A stretch of DNA of 64,000 nucleotides from contig OZ245006.1 of assembly GCA_965223545.1 (NCBI GenBank), forward strand, positions 6,112,001 to 6,176,000, given 5' to 3'. This document shows positions 28,453 through 38,298 of this stretch, piece by piece. The stretch is from Planctomycetota bacterium (lineage in GTDB: Bacteria; Planctomycetota; UBA1135; UBA2386). Under the pieces are notes generated by a model that searched no databases, was not told the origin of the DNA, and was given only the letters and a program-made list of their open reading frames with translations. Positions within the stretch are counted from its first letter, which is position 1; the number at the start of each line of letters is the position of its first letter. The position numbers were made by a program, and so were the translations under genes.

Positions 28453-28878
28453 TCACCCGGGGTGCGGCGCGGCCTCGATGGCCTCCAGCTCTGGCAGCGC
28501 GGACCACGGCGGCGTGCACGCCGAGAGCTGGCAGAGCTTCTCCCAGGCTTCACGGTGGATCGCCGCGACCCCTCTTTGGCTCAGGTAGGCCGGTGGGGCT
28601 TGGTGGATCTCGTCGTCGGTGGCAGGGGCGGGCTCGAGGAGCAGTAGCCGGTCGCCGGTGCGGCGCAGACGTGCCCACCCGTCGGTGGCACAGCCCGGGG
28701 TCCCGCAGCACGTGCAGAGCAGGAGCTGCACCGGGTCCACGGTGAAATCCACGAGCGCCAGGGCGTTGATCAGACACACTTCACCGGCGTGCACGGCGCG
28801 ATCGCGGTACGGTCCCATGCCGGCAGCGCGAAAGTCGTGCGCGATCGGCCGGACCTCGAGTGCGGCGATACTCCACAT
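28453..28878 (-). CDS. Hypothetical protein with a CxCCxxxxC motif
   Basis: 141-aa ORF co-oriented with both neighbours; VQLLLCTCCGTPGC. Confidence 0.6.
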   Translation of the reverse strand: MWSIAALEVRPIAHDFRAAGMGPYRDRAVHAGEVCLINALALVDFTVDPVQLLLCTCCGTPGCATDGWARLRRTGDRLLLLEPAPATDDEIHQAPPAYLSQRGVAAIHREAWEKLCQLSACTPPWSALPELEAIEAAPHPG

Positions 28879-28898
28879 CCCTTGGCTCTGTCGGCTGC

Positions 28899-30272
28899 TC
28901 AGCCCTCGCCGCCGAAGCAGTAGAGCGCGTTATCCGAGCGCAGGAACAGGTCGCGGCCGGACAGCGCGGGCGAGGCGTTGCACTGGCCATCGTCTTCGAG
29001 CCGGTTGTGGGCGAGCAGCTCGAATTCGCCGTCCGCGCTGTAGACGAACGTGCCCCGCTTGCGGCTGACGACGTAGATCCGGTCGGCGGCCATGACGGGG
29101 GAGGCGTACACGCTGCTGGTCCGGCCCTCGAGCCTCTCTTCCAGCAGCTGTTGGCCGTCGTTGGCGTCCAGGCAGGCGGCCATGCCGTTGGTGCGCACCA
29201 GCAGGAGCTTGCCGTCGTGCAAGATCGGGGAGGGGATCCCGAGGTTTTCGCCGCGCCACACGACGCGGGGGTCGGCGGCGGCTTCGGTACCCTCGTCCGG
29301 CTGTTCGCCGTCGGCCTGGGCCGGCGGTGGGGCTTCCGGCGCCGTGATGTGCAGCGCGGTGCTCTTGCCGTCGCCGCCGAAGGTGAAGACGGTCTCCCCA
29401 TCCGTGACCGGGGTCGGCGACATTCCGCCGCGGGTGCCGGTCTCCACCGACCAGCGCAGTGCGCCGGTGCTCGGCTCGAGGCCCCACACTTCACCGCCGA
29501 GGGTGATGATCAAGGTCTCGTCGTCATCGGTGCCGACCACCACCGGCGAAATCGCGCAGCCCTCCAGGTTGGAGGAGCCGCGGCTCCACCGCAGGCTGCC
29601 GTCGGCGCGGTCGAAGGCGCGGATCGAGTGGCTCTCCTCCGAGCAGTTGACGATCACCAGGTCGCGATGGAGCAGTGGGCTCGAAGCCGCGCCCCAGTGC
29701 AGCTCCAGGGTCTGTCCTTCGCGCACCACGCTGTTGGTCGCGGGCTCGGCGTCGGCATCGCGCTCGCCGGCTGGAGCGGTCCAGCGGACCTCGCCGTCCT
29801 CGAGCGCCAGGCAGGCGACGCCGGCCGGGCCCAGGTAGACGAAGACCGACTCGCCGTCACTCGCCGGCGTGGGGGTCGAGAACCCGTGCTCGTTGATCTG
29901 GACGGCGCGCGGCTCTCGCTGCAGTGCCCCGGCGAACTCGGCGGACCACAGCGGCGCGCCGTCGTCGCGGCCGAAGCAGAGCACGTGCAGCTGCAGGTCT
30001 TCGCGGCGCCCGCCGTCGTCGAGGTGGGCACCGAACCCCGTGTAGCAGGTGACGATGACGCGATCGCCCACGACGATCGGCGACGACGAGCCCGGCCCGG
30101 GCAGATCGGCCTTCCAGCGGAGGTTCTCGCTGTCGCTCCACGTCAGGGGCGGATCACACTCGGTGGCCACACCGTTGCGTAGCGGGCCGCGAAACCCCGG
30201 CCAATCCTGCGCGACCAGAAGTGATGGTGCGAGCAATCCAGCAAGGAAGGCCGGGATAGTAGTTTTTGGCAT
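28899..30272 (-). CDS. PQQ-binding-like (BamB-like) beta-propeller protein
   Basis: Signal peptide then DWPGFRGP..NG, WKADLPGPGSSSPIVVGDRV, STP, YASPV, ASPA...LFLRS..ALYC. Confidence 0.88.
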   Translation of the reverse strand: MPKTTIPAFLAGLLAPSLLVAQDWPGFRGPLRNGVATECDPPLTWSDSENLRWKADLPGPGSSSPIVVGDRVIVTCYTGFGAHLDDGGRREDLQLHVLCFGRDDGAPLWSAEFAGALQREPRAVQINEHGFSTPTPASDGESVFVYLGPAGVACLALEDGEVRWTAPAGERDADAEPATNSVVREGQTLELHWGAASSPLLHRDLVIVNCSEESHSIRAFDRADGSLRWSRGSSNLEGCAISPVVVGTDDDETLIITLGGEVWGLEPSTGALRWSVETGTRGGMSPTPVTDGETVFTFGGDGKSTALHITAPEAPPPAQADGEQPDEGTEAAADPRVVWRGENLGIPSPILHDGKLLLVRTNGMAACLDANDGQQLLEERLEGRTSSVYASPVMAADRIYVVSRKRGTFVYSADGEFELLAHNRLEDDGQCNASPALSGRDLFLRSDNALYCFGGEG

Positions 30273-30545
30273 ATCGAGCGTGCGGGAATCGGGAGCGACA
30301 GCCCTGCTACGGCCGGCGACCCCGTGGCGCCAACAGTGCTGTGGTCTTTTTGTCCGAGCACACCGCGGCGGAGCCGGGTCCGCCACCGGTCAAGCCGAAT
30401 GTCACCAAGTCGCAGAATGCGACAGTCGCGCTCGCGTCGGGGGTTTGTGACCAGCAACACGTGCAGGACTGCTCTTGCGCCTCGTCTTTCGAGCCGCCAT
30501 CGTCGACAACAACTGGTGGAGCACACTCGGAAGGAAGGCACACTG

Positions 30546-31721
30546 GTGCGGGTAGGTTTGGTTGGGACCGGGTTCATCGCCCGGGGGATCGCGCGCACGC
30601 TGGAGCGCGCCGGCGATCTGCGCCTAGGCGCGGTGCTGACCCGGCGGCGGCCGGCAGACGTGCGGGGCTTCCCGGACGGCGCGGTCACCGGCGCGGTCGA
30701 CGAGCTGCTGGCGCGGAGCGATGTCGTGGTCGAGGCGTCGGGTGATGCGGTGCACGCGACCGACGTGCTGGTCTCGGTGGTGGACGCGGGGTTGCCCATC
30801 GTGACCATGGACTCGGAGCTGCAAGTGACGACCGGGTCCTGGTTCGCCAGCCGGGGCTACATCACCGAGGCCGACGGCGACCAGCCCGGATGTCTCGCCC
30901 GGCTGCACGGCGAAGCCGTGTCGATGGGATTCACGCCCCGCGCCTACGTCAATCTCAAGGGCTTCCTCAACCTCGATCCCGAGCCCGAGGAGATGTTCTA
31001 CTGGGCGCGCCGGCAGCAGCTGCGCGTGGAGCAGGTGGTGTCGTTCACCGACGGCTCCAAACTGCAGGTCGAGCAGGCCTTGGTGGCGAACGGGCTCGGC
31101 GCGGAAATCGCCGCCGAGGGATTGATCGGGGCGACGGTCGCCGATCTGCACGACACCGAGTTCTTGGCCGAGCACGGCGTCGAGCTGGGCGGTGCGGTGT
31201 CCGACTTCGTGCTGGCCAAGGGGGCTCCGCCGGGCGTGATGATCCTCGCCGAGCACGCCGATGCCGCCGCGCTGGGCGACTACGGGCCGACGGCCCGGAT
31301 CCGGACCGTGCAGGGCAACTTCTTCGTGTTGGTGCGGCCCTACCACCTGTGCCACCTCGAGGTGGTGCGCACGCTGCGCGACGTGGCGGCCGGCGCGCCG
31401 CCGCTGCTCAACAACTCGGCTTCGCCGCGCATCGGCGTGGCCGCGGTCGCCAAGCGCGACCTCGCCGGCGGCACCCGGCTGGAGCGCGGCATCGGCAGCT
31501 TCGAGCTGCGCGGCACCGCGGTGCGGCTGATCGAGCGGCCCGATGCGCTGCCGCTGTGCCTCGCCGCCGGCGCGCACTTGCGGCGCGACGTCGAGGCCGG
31601 TTCGCTGCTGTCGTTCGACGACGTCGACCCGGCGCCGAGCCGCGCACTGGAGCTCTACTGTGGACTGCGCGATCGCGCTTGTGCGGAGGCCGAGAGCTCG
31701 CTGGTGGGGAAGACCGCGTGA
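30546..31721 (+). CDS. Homoserine-dehydrogenase-like NAD(P)-dependent oxidoreductase with SAF domain
   Basis: Rossmann motif VGLVGTGFIA, ADGDQPG, SFTDGSK, RPYHLCHLE, C-terminal AKRDL..G..L..GIG. Confidence 0.8.
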   Translation: MRVGLVGTGFIARGIARTLERAGDLRLGAVLTRRRPADVRGFPDGAVTGAVDELLARSDVVVEASGDAVHATDVLVSVVDAGLPIVTMDSELQVTTGSWFASRGYITEADGDQPGCLARLHGEAVSMGFTPRAYVNLKGFLNLDPEPEEMFYWARRQQLRVEQVVSFTDGSKLQVEQALVANGLGAEIAAEGLIGATVADLHDTEFLAEHGVELGGAVSDFVLAKGAPPGVMILAEHADAAALGDYGPTARIRTVQGNFFVLVRPYHLCHLEVVRTLRDVAAGAPPLLNNSASPRIGVAAVAKRDLAGGTRLERGIGSFELRGTAVRLIERPDALPLCLAAGAHLRRDVEAGSLLSFDDVDPAPSRALELYCGLRDRACAEAESSLVGKTA

Positions 31722-32767
31722 CCCGGCTGTTGGTGCTCGTCCAGAGTGGCGACGCCGTCGTGCAATGGACGGTGGACGGCCTGGCGATGCACCGGCGGCT
31801 GTTGCGCAAGGAGCTCGGCGTCGAGCTCGAGCTCGTCGAGATCGAGGGGTTGGATGCGATCGAGGCGGCGATCGACGCGCATCATGCGGACGCCGTGGTG
31901 GCGACGAGCTCGTGGCGGCTTCCGGCGGAGGACACCATCGCCTGCTTCCGCGCCCTCTACGAGCGGCCCAAGCGGCCGTGGCTCGTGTACTACGACACCT
32001 TCGATCCCACCAGCTCGCCGTACTTCGGCCTGTTGCCCTGGGTCGACCGTTACGCGAAGAAGCAGCTGCTGGTCGATGTCGACGCCTACCAGCAGGATCA
32101 TGCGGGCGGCTTCGTGTTCAGCGACTTCATGGCGCGCCACTACGGGCACGCCTTGGACGGCTGGCACTTTGGCTCGCGCATTCCGGCCGGGTGTGCCGAC
32201 CGACTGGTGTTGGGCTGGAGCTTGGCGAGCGCGCGCCATCTGGTGCGCGGCGCGACGAAGACGCCGGCGACGCAGCAGGAGCGCGACATCGACGTCCACT
32301 GCCGGCTGTCGTTCGGCCCCGAACCGGAGAGCTGGTATGCGGCGCATCGCCGCGCCGTGCTCGAGGCCTTGGCGCCGCTGGGCGAACGCCATCGCGTGAT
32401 CGCCGCCGGGGGCGACGCGGCGCGCGTGCCGTACAAGGTCTTCCACGACGAGATGGAACGGGCGCGGATCGGGTTCAGTCCGTTCGGTTGGGGCGAAGTG
32501 ACGGACCGCGACTTCCACATCGTCAACCAAGGCGCGTTGTTGATGAAGCCCGACATGTCGCACCTGCGCACCGATCCCGACATCTATTCCGACGGCGAGA
32601 CCTACGTCGCCGTGCGCTGGGACCTGGCCGACGTGGCGGAGAAGGTCGAGCACTACCTCGCGCGGCCGGAGGAGGCACAGCGCATCGTCGAGGCCGCGCG
32701 CCGCTGCTACGCCGAGTTCACCGACGGCGCGAGCATCGTCAGCGCCATGCGCCGGCTGTTGCCGTAA
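31718..32767 (+). CDS. Glycosyltransferase (GT-B, CgeB-like C-terminus)
   Basis: GTG start overlaps the upstream stop; FSPFGWGEVTDRDF, GALLMKPDMSHL, YVAVRWDLAD. Confidence 0.7.
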   Translation: MTRLLVLVQSGDAVVQWTVDGLAMHRRLLRKELGVELELVEIEGLDAIEAAIDAHHADAVVATSSWRLPAEDTIACFRALYERPKRPWLVYYDTFDPTSSPYFGLLPWVDRYAKKQLLVDVDAYQQDHAGGFVFSDFMARHYGHALDGWHFGSRIPAGCADRLVLGWSLASARHLVRGATKTPATQQERDIDVHCRLSFGPEPESWYAAHRRAVLEALAPLGERHRVIAAGGDAARVPYKVFHDEMERARIGFSPFGWGEVTDRDFHIVNQGALLMKPDMSHLRTDPDIYSDGETYVAVRWDLADVAEKVEHYLARPEEAQRIVEAARRCYAEFTDGASIVSAMRRLLP

Positions 32768-33113
32768 AGCCGAGCCACACCGCGCCGATTCCCAGGGTGT
32801 TGCTGGCGGCGACGTACAGCAGGGCGACTCCGGTTCGGCCACCGCGCAGGAGCTCGATCGTCTCCAGGCCGAACGTCGAGAACGTGGTGAAGCCGCCCAG
32901 CAGCCCCGTGATCACCAGCAGGCGCGCCTCGGGGCGTGCCGTCGGGCTCGCCAGCCAAGCGGCGGCGACGCCGATCAGGGCGCAGCCCAAGACGTTGACG
33001 ACGAGGGTGCCGATCGGAAAGCCGAGACCGGTCGGGCTCTGCAGCGCCCGATGAACGGCGTAGCGCAACAGAGCCCCCACGGCTCCGCCCGCGGCGATGA
33101 GGAGCAGGCCCAC
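32739..33113 (-). CDS. crcB: Fluoride channel Fluc/CrcB
   Basis: GGAVGALLRY, FPIGTLVVNVLG, GLLGGFTTFSTF. Confidence 0.95.
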   Translation of the reverse strand: MGLLLIAAGGAVGALLRYAVHRALQSPTGLGFPIGTLVVNVLGCALIGVAAAWLASPTARPEARLLVITGLLGGFTTFSTFGLETIELLRGGRTGVALLYVAASNTLGIGAVWLGFTATAGAWR

Positions 33114-33147
33114 GCCTTAGACTCTGTCCGGTGGCGCGCGCGTGGAC

Positions 33148-33212
33148 AAGAGGTTGGTGGCCTGCCTTCGCGGCGAAAGGCGCGGTGGTCGGTGACCCCG
33201 GCGACGACCGTG
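33148..33212 (-). promoter_or_regulatory. Candidate divergent fluoride riboswitch
   Basis: Lies in the crcB 5' leader. GGUCG/CGACC stem with a loop GGGGU able to pair with downstream ACCUC, plus an ACCGC linker. The canonical GGCGAUGG start is absent. Confidence 0.4.
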
Positions 33213-33226
33213 CCTACCGGGCTCCC

Positions 33227-33772
33227 GTGCCTCGTTTTCGTTCAGCGGGAGCCGGCGTAATGCTGCTGGTCACGGCCGCCGCGTGCGTCCGCACCGAGTC
33301 GCGGGTCGACCCGCTGGTGCGCCCGCCCGCCGGCACCGGCAGCCGCGCCGTGGAGATGAACGGCACTTGGTTGGTCGAGCTGACGCAGCCCGACCCGCCG
33401 GTGGTCGCTGCGGCGAACGGCTTGGTTCCACCGCACCGCGGCATGTCGCTGACGATCGAGGACGGCGCTCTGGTCGATCTCGGCGGCCAGCTGTTGACGC
33501 GCACCGGCATCGAGGACGCGTCGCCGTGGACGGTGGAGTCCTACTTCAACGCCGTCGACGGTCGCATCGGGCTCTTCTCGCTGGAGATGCGTGAGCCGCC
33601 GACGGGCGTGGTGAGCCAGTTGGCGATCGCGTTCGGCAGCGTCGACGAGTCGCGCCTGGCCGGCGAGGTTCTGTGCCGCGACATCGACAACGGTGAGGTC
33701 ACCCACGAGCTCCGCTACCGCATCCTGCTCGGAGCGGGCTTTACTCCGCAGGTGGCGCCGACCGGTCGTTGA
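33227..33772 (+). CDS. Hypothetical lipoprotein
   Basis: Hydrophobic stretch ending TAAAC followed by a beta-rich domain. Start uncertain. Confidence 0.55.
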   Translation: MPRFRSAGAGVMLLVTAAACVRTESRVDPLVRPPAGTGSRAVEMNGTWLVELTQPDPPVVAAANGLVPPHRGMSLTIEDGALVDLGGQLLTRTGIEDASPWTVESYFNAVDGRIGLFSLEMREPPTGVVSQLAIAFGSVDESRLAGEVLCRDIDNGEVTHELRYRILLGAGFTPQVAPTGR

Positions 33773-34226
33773 GGTCGATTTCGCCGATGTCCTCGCACCA
33801 CAGCTCTGGGTGGGCGGCGATGAACGCACGCATCAGGGCGGTGGCCTCGTCGAGCTGCAAGTTGCGCAGCGTGACGCCGCGCGCCGCGAGCCAGTCCTCC
33901 TCGCCGCGGAAGGTGCGGTTCTCGCCGATCACCACCCGCGGAATGCCGAACAGCGCGATGGCGCCGCTGCACATGGCGCACGGCGACAAGCTGGTGTACA
34001 TCGTGCAGCGCCGGTAGTCGGACGCGGACAGCCGGCCGGCGGCCCGTAGACAGTCGATCTCGGCGTGCAGCACCGGGTCGCCCCGCTGCACGCGCTGGTT
34101 GTGGCCGCGCCCGATCACGACGCCGTCGCGCACCAGCACCGCGCCGATCGGAATGCCGCCCGCCGCGGCGCCGCTCCTCGCCTCGGCCAGTGCCGCTGCC
34201 ATGAACTCGTGATCTGCGTCGGTCAT
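33741..34226 (-). CDS. Cytosine/nucleoside deaminase (zinc, CDA fold)
   Basis: PIGAVLV, GRGHN, HAE, SPCAMC, IPRVVIGEN. Confidence 0.9.
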   Translation of the reverse strand: MTDADHEFMAAALAEARSGAAAGGIPIGAVLVRDGVVIGRGHNQRVQRGDPVLHAEIDCLRAAGRLSASDYRRCTMYTSLSPCAMCSGAIALFGIPRVVIGENRTFRGEEDWLAARGVTLRNLQLDEATALMRAFIAAHPELWCEDIGEIDLNDRSAPPAE

Positions 34227-34260
34227 CGCCGCCGAGTGTAGCCGCGGCTACGGTGTTCTC

Positions 34261-34527
34261 GTGCCCGCGCCGCTGCTCTACCTGGTCCTGGCCGTCAACG
34301 TGGTCACCTTCGGTCTGTTTGCCTACGACAAGGCGCGGGCCCGGGGTCGACGGCGTCGAGTCGCCGAGACGACGCTGCTGCTGTGGAGCTGGGCCGGCGG
34401 CGCGCTCGGCGGTTGGGCCGGCATGCTGGTGTGCCGGCACAAGACGGCGAAGACGTCGTTCGTGGTCCGGATGACCCTGGTGACCGTGTTCAATGCGGTG
34501 TGGGCGGTGCTATGGCTTTGTCGGTAG
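34261..34527 (+). CDS. DUF1294 family membrane protein
   Basis: YDKARA..RRVAETTL...GGALG...RHKTAK. Confidence 0.85.
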   Translation: MPAPLLYLVLAVNVVTFGLFAYDKARARGRRRRVAETTLLLWSWAGGALGGWAGMLVCRHKTAKTSFVVRMTLVTVFNAVWAVLWLCR

Positions 34528-34600
34528 GGCCCGGCCTGTCCACCGGCATCGCTCGGTGGCGTCGGATTCTGCGACAAAGCCCTGCGCCCACTGCTCAAGG

Positions 34601-35008
34601 ATGCAACGGTTCTGGCCGATCGGTTCCGGGAACGGGATCCGAATCCCGCCGGGACGATTGCAGGGAGCAGGGCAGTTGGGGAGCAGACGGTTTCAGAAGG
34701 TCTCGCGCGGCTACCAGCGGAGCGCGGAGCGGGCGTCGATGCAGGCCGAGCTGGAGGATTACTACGACGAGCAACTCGCCGATCGCGATGGCCTCAGTGC
34801 GATGATGGCCGACTCCGCCGCCGAGATGGAACGGTCGGAGCGAGCGGCGGGCGCGCCTGACACGCCGGCCGCGCCCGCGATGCCGGCCGCGGTGTGCCAC
34901 CAGCCAGCGCCGGCGGCGGTGTCCGCCGGCCCGGACGGCTCGGTGCACGCGTCAGAGGGCTTCTTTGCGCGGCTCTGGCGTCGCTTCGTCGCGCTGGCGC
35001 GCGCCTGA
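34601..35008 (+). CDS. Hypothetical protein ending in an amphipathic helix
   Basis: Fills the gap between co-oriented genes; ends GFFARLWRRF. Start uncertain. Confidence 0.4.
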   Translation: MQRFWPIGSGNGIRIPPGRLQGAGQLGSRRFQKVSRGYQRSAERASMQAELEDYYDEQLADRDGLSAMMADSAAEMERSERAAGAPDTPAAPAMPAAVCHQPAPAAVSAGPDGSVHASEGFFARLWRRFVALARA

Positions 35009-35088
35009 GCAGCCGGATTTCCGGCGGCCGTATCGGCCGTTGTGGCGTCGCGTGGCGCGCCACGCCGTGGCCGGCTACCGTCGCCGGC

Positions 35089-36609
35089 ATGATGTGGTTC
35101 GTCGCGGCGTCGCTCCGAGGTCTACTCCTGGTCGTCGCGGTCTGGGCGGCGGCAGTGCCCGCCGCGGCGCAGCTGCGCCTGCCCGCGTTGTTCTCCGACG
35201 GGATGGTGCTGCAGCGCGACGCGGAGGTCGCGGTGTGGGGCAGCGCTGCGCCGGGCCAACGCCTGGCGGTGACGTTCCGCCACCGGACCGCCAAGACCAC
35301 GGTCGGCGAAGACGGTGCGTGGCGCGTCGTGATCGGCCCGTTCGCGGCGGGCGGGCCGGATGTCCTGGCGGTTCGCGCTGGCGAGGACGCCCTCGACGTC
35401 GGCGACGTCCTGGTCGGTGAAGTGTGGGTGTGTTCCGGCCAGTCCAACATGGAGTGGGCGCTGCACACCGCGCGCGACGCGGAGGCCGAGGTTGCCGCCG
35501 CCCGGCACCCGCGGCTGCGGCTGTTCGAAGTGCCCCGGCGCACCGCGTCCGCGGCGACCACCGACATCGACGCGCGCTGGCAGGAGTGTCGGCCGGAGAC
35601 CGCGCGCGAGTTCTCCGCCGTCGGCTATTTCTTCGGCCGCGAGCTGCTCGCCGAGCTCGACGTGCCCATCGGGCTGATCCAGAGCGCGTGGGGGGGCACC
35701 CCGGCCGAGGCTTGGACCAGCCCCGAGGCGTTGGCCCAACTGCCGGAGATGGAGCCGACCCTGGCGCAGTGGGCGGCGCGCGATCGCGACTACGACGCCG
35801 CGCTGGCCCGCTGGCGCGACGCGTCCGCGGCGGCGAAAGAGGCCGGTGCGCGCCCGCCGGCGCGGCCGCGCGGACCCGATGATCCGCACCATCCCTCAGC
35901 GCTCTATCACGGCATGGTGACCCCGCTCCTCGACTACGCGATGCGCGGCGTGATCTGGTACCAAGGGGAGTCGAACGCCCGACGCGCGTTTCAATACCGG
36001 TCGCTGTTCCCCGCGATGATCCGCGACTGGCGGCGGGCCTTTGGCCGCGGCGACTTCCCGTTCTACTTCGTGCAGCTCGCCAACTTCCGCGTGCGCGAAC
36101 CCCTGACGTGGGCCGAGCTGCGCGAGGCGCAGGCCGAGGCGCTGAGCGAGCCCAACGTCGGCATGGCGGTGTCGATCGACATCGGCGACGCCGATGACAT
36201 CCACCCGCGGTTCAAGCAGGAGTTCGGTGCGCGGCTGGCGCGCTGCGCGCTCGCCGGCACCTATGGGCGCGACGTGGTCGCCAGTGGCCCGGTCTATTCC
36301 GGCCACGAGATCGGTGACGGCACGGTCCGTGTCCGGTTCGATCACGCCGAAGGCCTGCGCGCCCGCGACGACGCGGCGGTCGGTGGCTTCGAGCTGGCCT
36401 CGGCCGAGGGAGAGTTCCATCCGGCCGAGGCCGTGATCGACGGGTCGACGGTCGTGCTGCGGTGCGCCGCCGTGCCGGATCCAGCGCACGTGCGCTACGC
36501 GTACACCGATGATCCGGCCACCGCCAATCTCGCCAACGGCGCCGGCTTGCCCGCCGCTCCGTTCCGCACCGATCAGCGCGACTGGACCACGCGCACCGCG
36601 CACCACTGA
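35089..36609 (+). CDS. Sialate O-acetylesterase family protein
   Basis: LPALFSDGMVLQR, GEVWVCSGQSNM, WGGTPAEAW, IWYQGESN, DIHP, PFRTD. Confidence 0.92.
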   Translation: MMWFVAASLRGLLLVVAVWAAAVPAAAQLRLPALFSDGMVLQRDAEVAVWGSAAPGQRLAVTFRHRTAKTTVGEDGAWRVVIGPFAAGGPDVLAVRAGEDALDVGDVLVGEVWVCSGQSNMEWALHTARDAEAEVAAARHPRLRLFEVPRRTASAATTDIDARWQECRPETAREFSAVGYFFGRELLAELDVPIGLIQSAWGGTPAEAWTSPEALAQLPEMEPTLAQWAARDRDYDAALARWRDASAAAKEAGARPPARPRGPDDPHHPSALYHGMVTPLLDYAMRGVIWYQGESNARRAFQYRSLFPAMIRDWRRAFGRGDFPFYFVQLANFRVREPLTWAELREAQAEALSEPNVGMAVSIDIGDADDIHPRFKQEFGARLARCALAGTYGRDVVASGPVYSGHEIGDGTVRVRFDHAEGLRARDDAAVGGFELASAEGEFHPAEAVIDGSTVVLRCAAVPDPAHVRYAYTDDPATANLANGAGLPAAPFRTDQRDWTTRTAHH

Positions 36610-36613
36610 CGAG

Positions 36614-38122
36614 TCACGGCGTTGCCGCTGCGCGCAGCGCGCGCTTGTCGATCTTGCCGGAGCCGGTGCGCGGCAGCTGCGCGACGTAGCGGTAGCGGCG
36701 TGGCACCTTGAAACCCGCCAATCGCTGTCGGCAGTGGGCGTCGAGTGCCGCGTCGTCGGCCGAATGGTCCGGTCGCAGCGCCACGGCGGCGCACACGCGC
36801 TCACCCCACTCGTCGTCCGGGATGCCGAACACCGCGGCCTCGAGGATCGCCGCGTGCTGGTACAGGACGTTCTCGACCTCGATCGAGTAGACGTTTTCGC
36901 CACCGGTGATGATCACGTCCTTGGCGCGGTCGACGATGGTGAGGAAGCCGTCGGCATCGATCACCGCGAGATCGCCGGTGTGCAGGAAACCGTTCTCGTC
37001 GAACGCGGCTGCCGTCGCGTCGCGGTCTTGCCAGTACCCCGGGGTGACGGTCGGTCCCTTGACGCGGATCTCGCCGACGCTGCGCTCGTCGGCGGCGACC
37101 GGGTTTCCCTGCTCGTCCACCACGCGCAGCTCGACGGTGAGGAACGGGCGGCCGGTCTTGCACCGGTAGGCGAGCTGCCGCTCGGCCGCAAGGTGGCGCA
37201 GATGGTGCGGCGGGCGGCTCAGCGTCAAGTAGGGGCTGGTTTCGGTCATGCCGTAGGTCTGCACGTACTCGCAACCGAAGGCCTCGACCAGGCGGTGCAC
37301 GGTCTCTGGAGCGATCGCAGCGCCGCCGCTCAGCAGCAGCCGAAGACTGCCGGTGTCGGCCGTCGCCAGGCTCGGGTGGGCGAGCATCGCGCCGAGCATG
37401 GTCGGCACCAGGTTGGTCACGGTGACACGATGCGTGGCCATCGAGCGCAGGACCTCGCCGGCGTCGAAGCGGGGGTGCAATACGTGATGGCCGCCGACCC
37501 AGGTGATGGCAAACGTCGCCCAGGCGTCGGCGAGGTGGAACATCGGCGCGTAGTGGCCCCACACGTCGGCGTCGCAGAGCCCGAGCTCGGCGATCGCGGC
37601 GAGCGCGTGCGTGGTGACGTTGCCGTGGGTGAGCTGGACCCCTTTGGCGCGGCCGGTCGTGCCGCTGGTGTAGTACAGGTGGGCCGTGTCGTCTGCCGCG
37701 GGAACGACACCTTGCGGAGTGTCGTTCCGCGCGGTCACCGCGGGGAACTCGTCGTCGATCCACACGACCGGGGCGGGCGAAGCGTCGACCTGGTCGGCGA
37801 ACGCGCGGCGCGCGCACAGAAGTCGGGGAGCCGCATGCGCGACGATCGCCCTCGTCTCCGGCGCCGACAGCCGGTAGTTGATCGGCGCCAGGATGGCGCC
37901 GATGGCGGCGGCTGCGAAGTAGAGCTCGAAGAGCTCGCGCCGGTTCTCGTCGAGCACCGCGACCCGGTCGCCTGCGCGGACGCCGCGCGCCTGCAGGTGC
38001 GCCGCCAACGAAAGCACCCTGCGGTGGGTCTCGACGTAGTCGAGCGTGCGGCCCGCGCAGGTGACGGCCGGTGCGTCGCCGAACAGCGCGGCGGCTCGGG
38101 CGAGGAGCGAATAGAGATGCAT
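36614..38122 (-). CDS. AMP-dependent acyl-CoA synthetase
   Basis: YTSGTTGRAKG, YGMTET, HTGD, DRAKDVIITGGENV, PRTGSGKI. Confidence 0.92.
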   Translation of the reverse strand: MHLYSLLARAAALFGDAPAVTCAGRTLDYVETHRRVLSLAAHLQARGVRAGDRVAVLDENRRELFELYFAAAAIGAILAPINYRLSAPETRAIVAHAAPRLLCARRAFADQVDASPAPVVWIDDEFPAVTARNDTPQGVVPAADDTAHLYYTSGTTGRAKGVQLTHGNVTTHALAAIAELGLCDADVWGHYAPMFHLADAWATFAITWVGGHHVLHPRFDAGEVLRSMATHRVTVTNLVPTMLGAMLAHPSLATADTGSLRLLLSGGAAIAPETVHRLVEAFGCEYVQTYGMTETSPYLTLSRPPHHLRHLAAERQLAYRCKTGRPFLTVELRVVDEQGNPVAADERSVGEIRVKGPTVTPGYWQDRDATAAAFDENGFLHTGDLAVIDADGFLTIVDRAKDVIITGGENVYSIEVENVLYQHAAILEAAVFGIPDDEWGERVCAAVALRPDHSADDAALDAHCRQRLAGFKVPRRYRYVAQLPRTGSGKIDKRALRAAATP

Positions 38123-38298
38123 GGAGGCGGGGGGCGGTGCGGGACGCTGCAGCGTAAACGGGGGCGCTCCCCGAGCGTGCGTGCGATGCGTTGGCGATAT
38201 GGTGTCGGTCGCGAGGGGCGACCGCGACCCCGTTTCGAGGGACGCGGCCCCCTGAGCCACGTTCACCGAATCAGCCCCCTCAGAAGGAGCAACCCACG

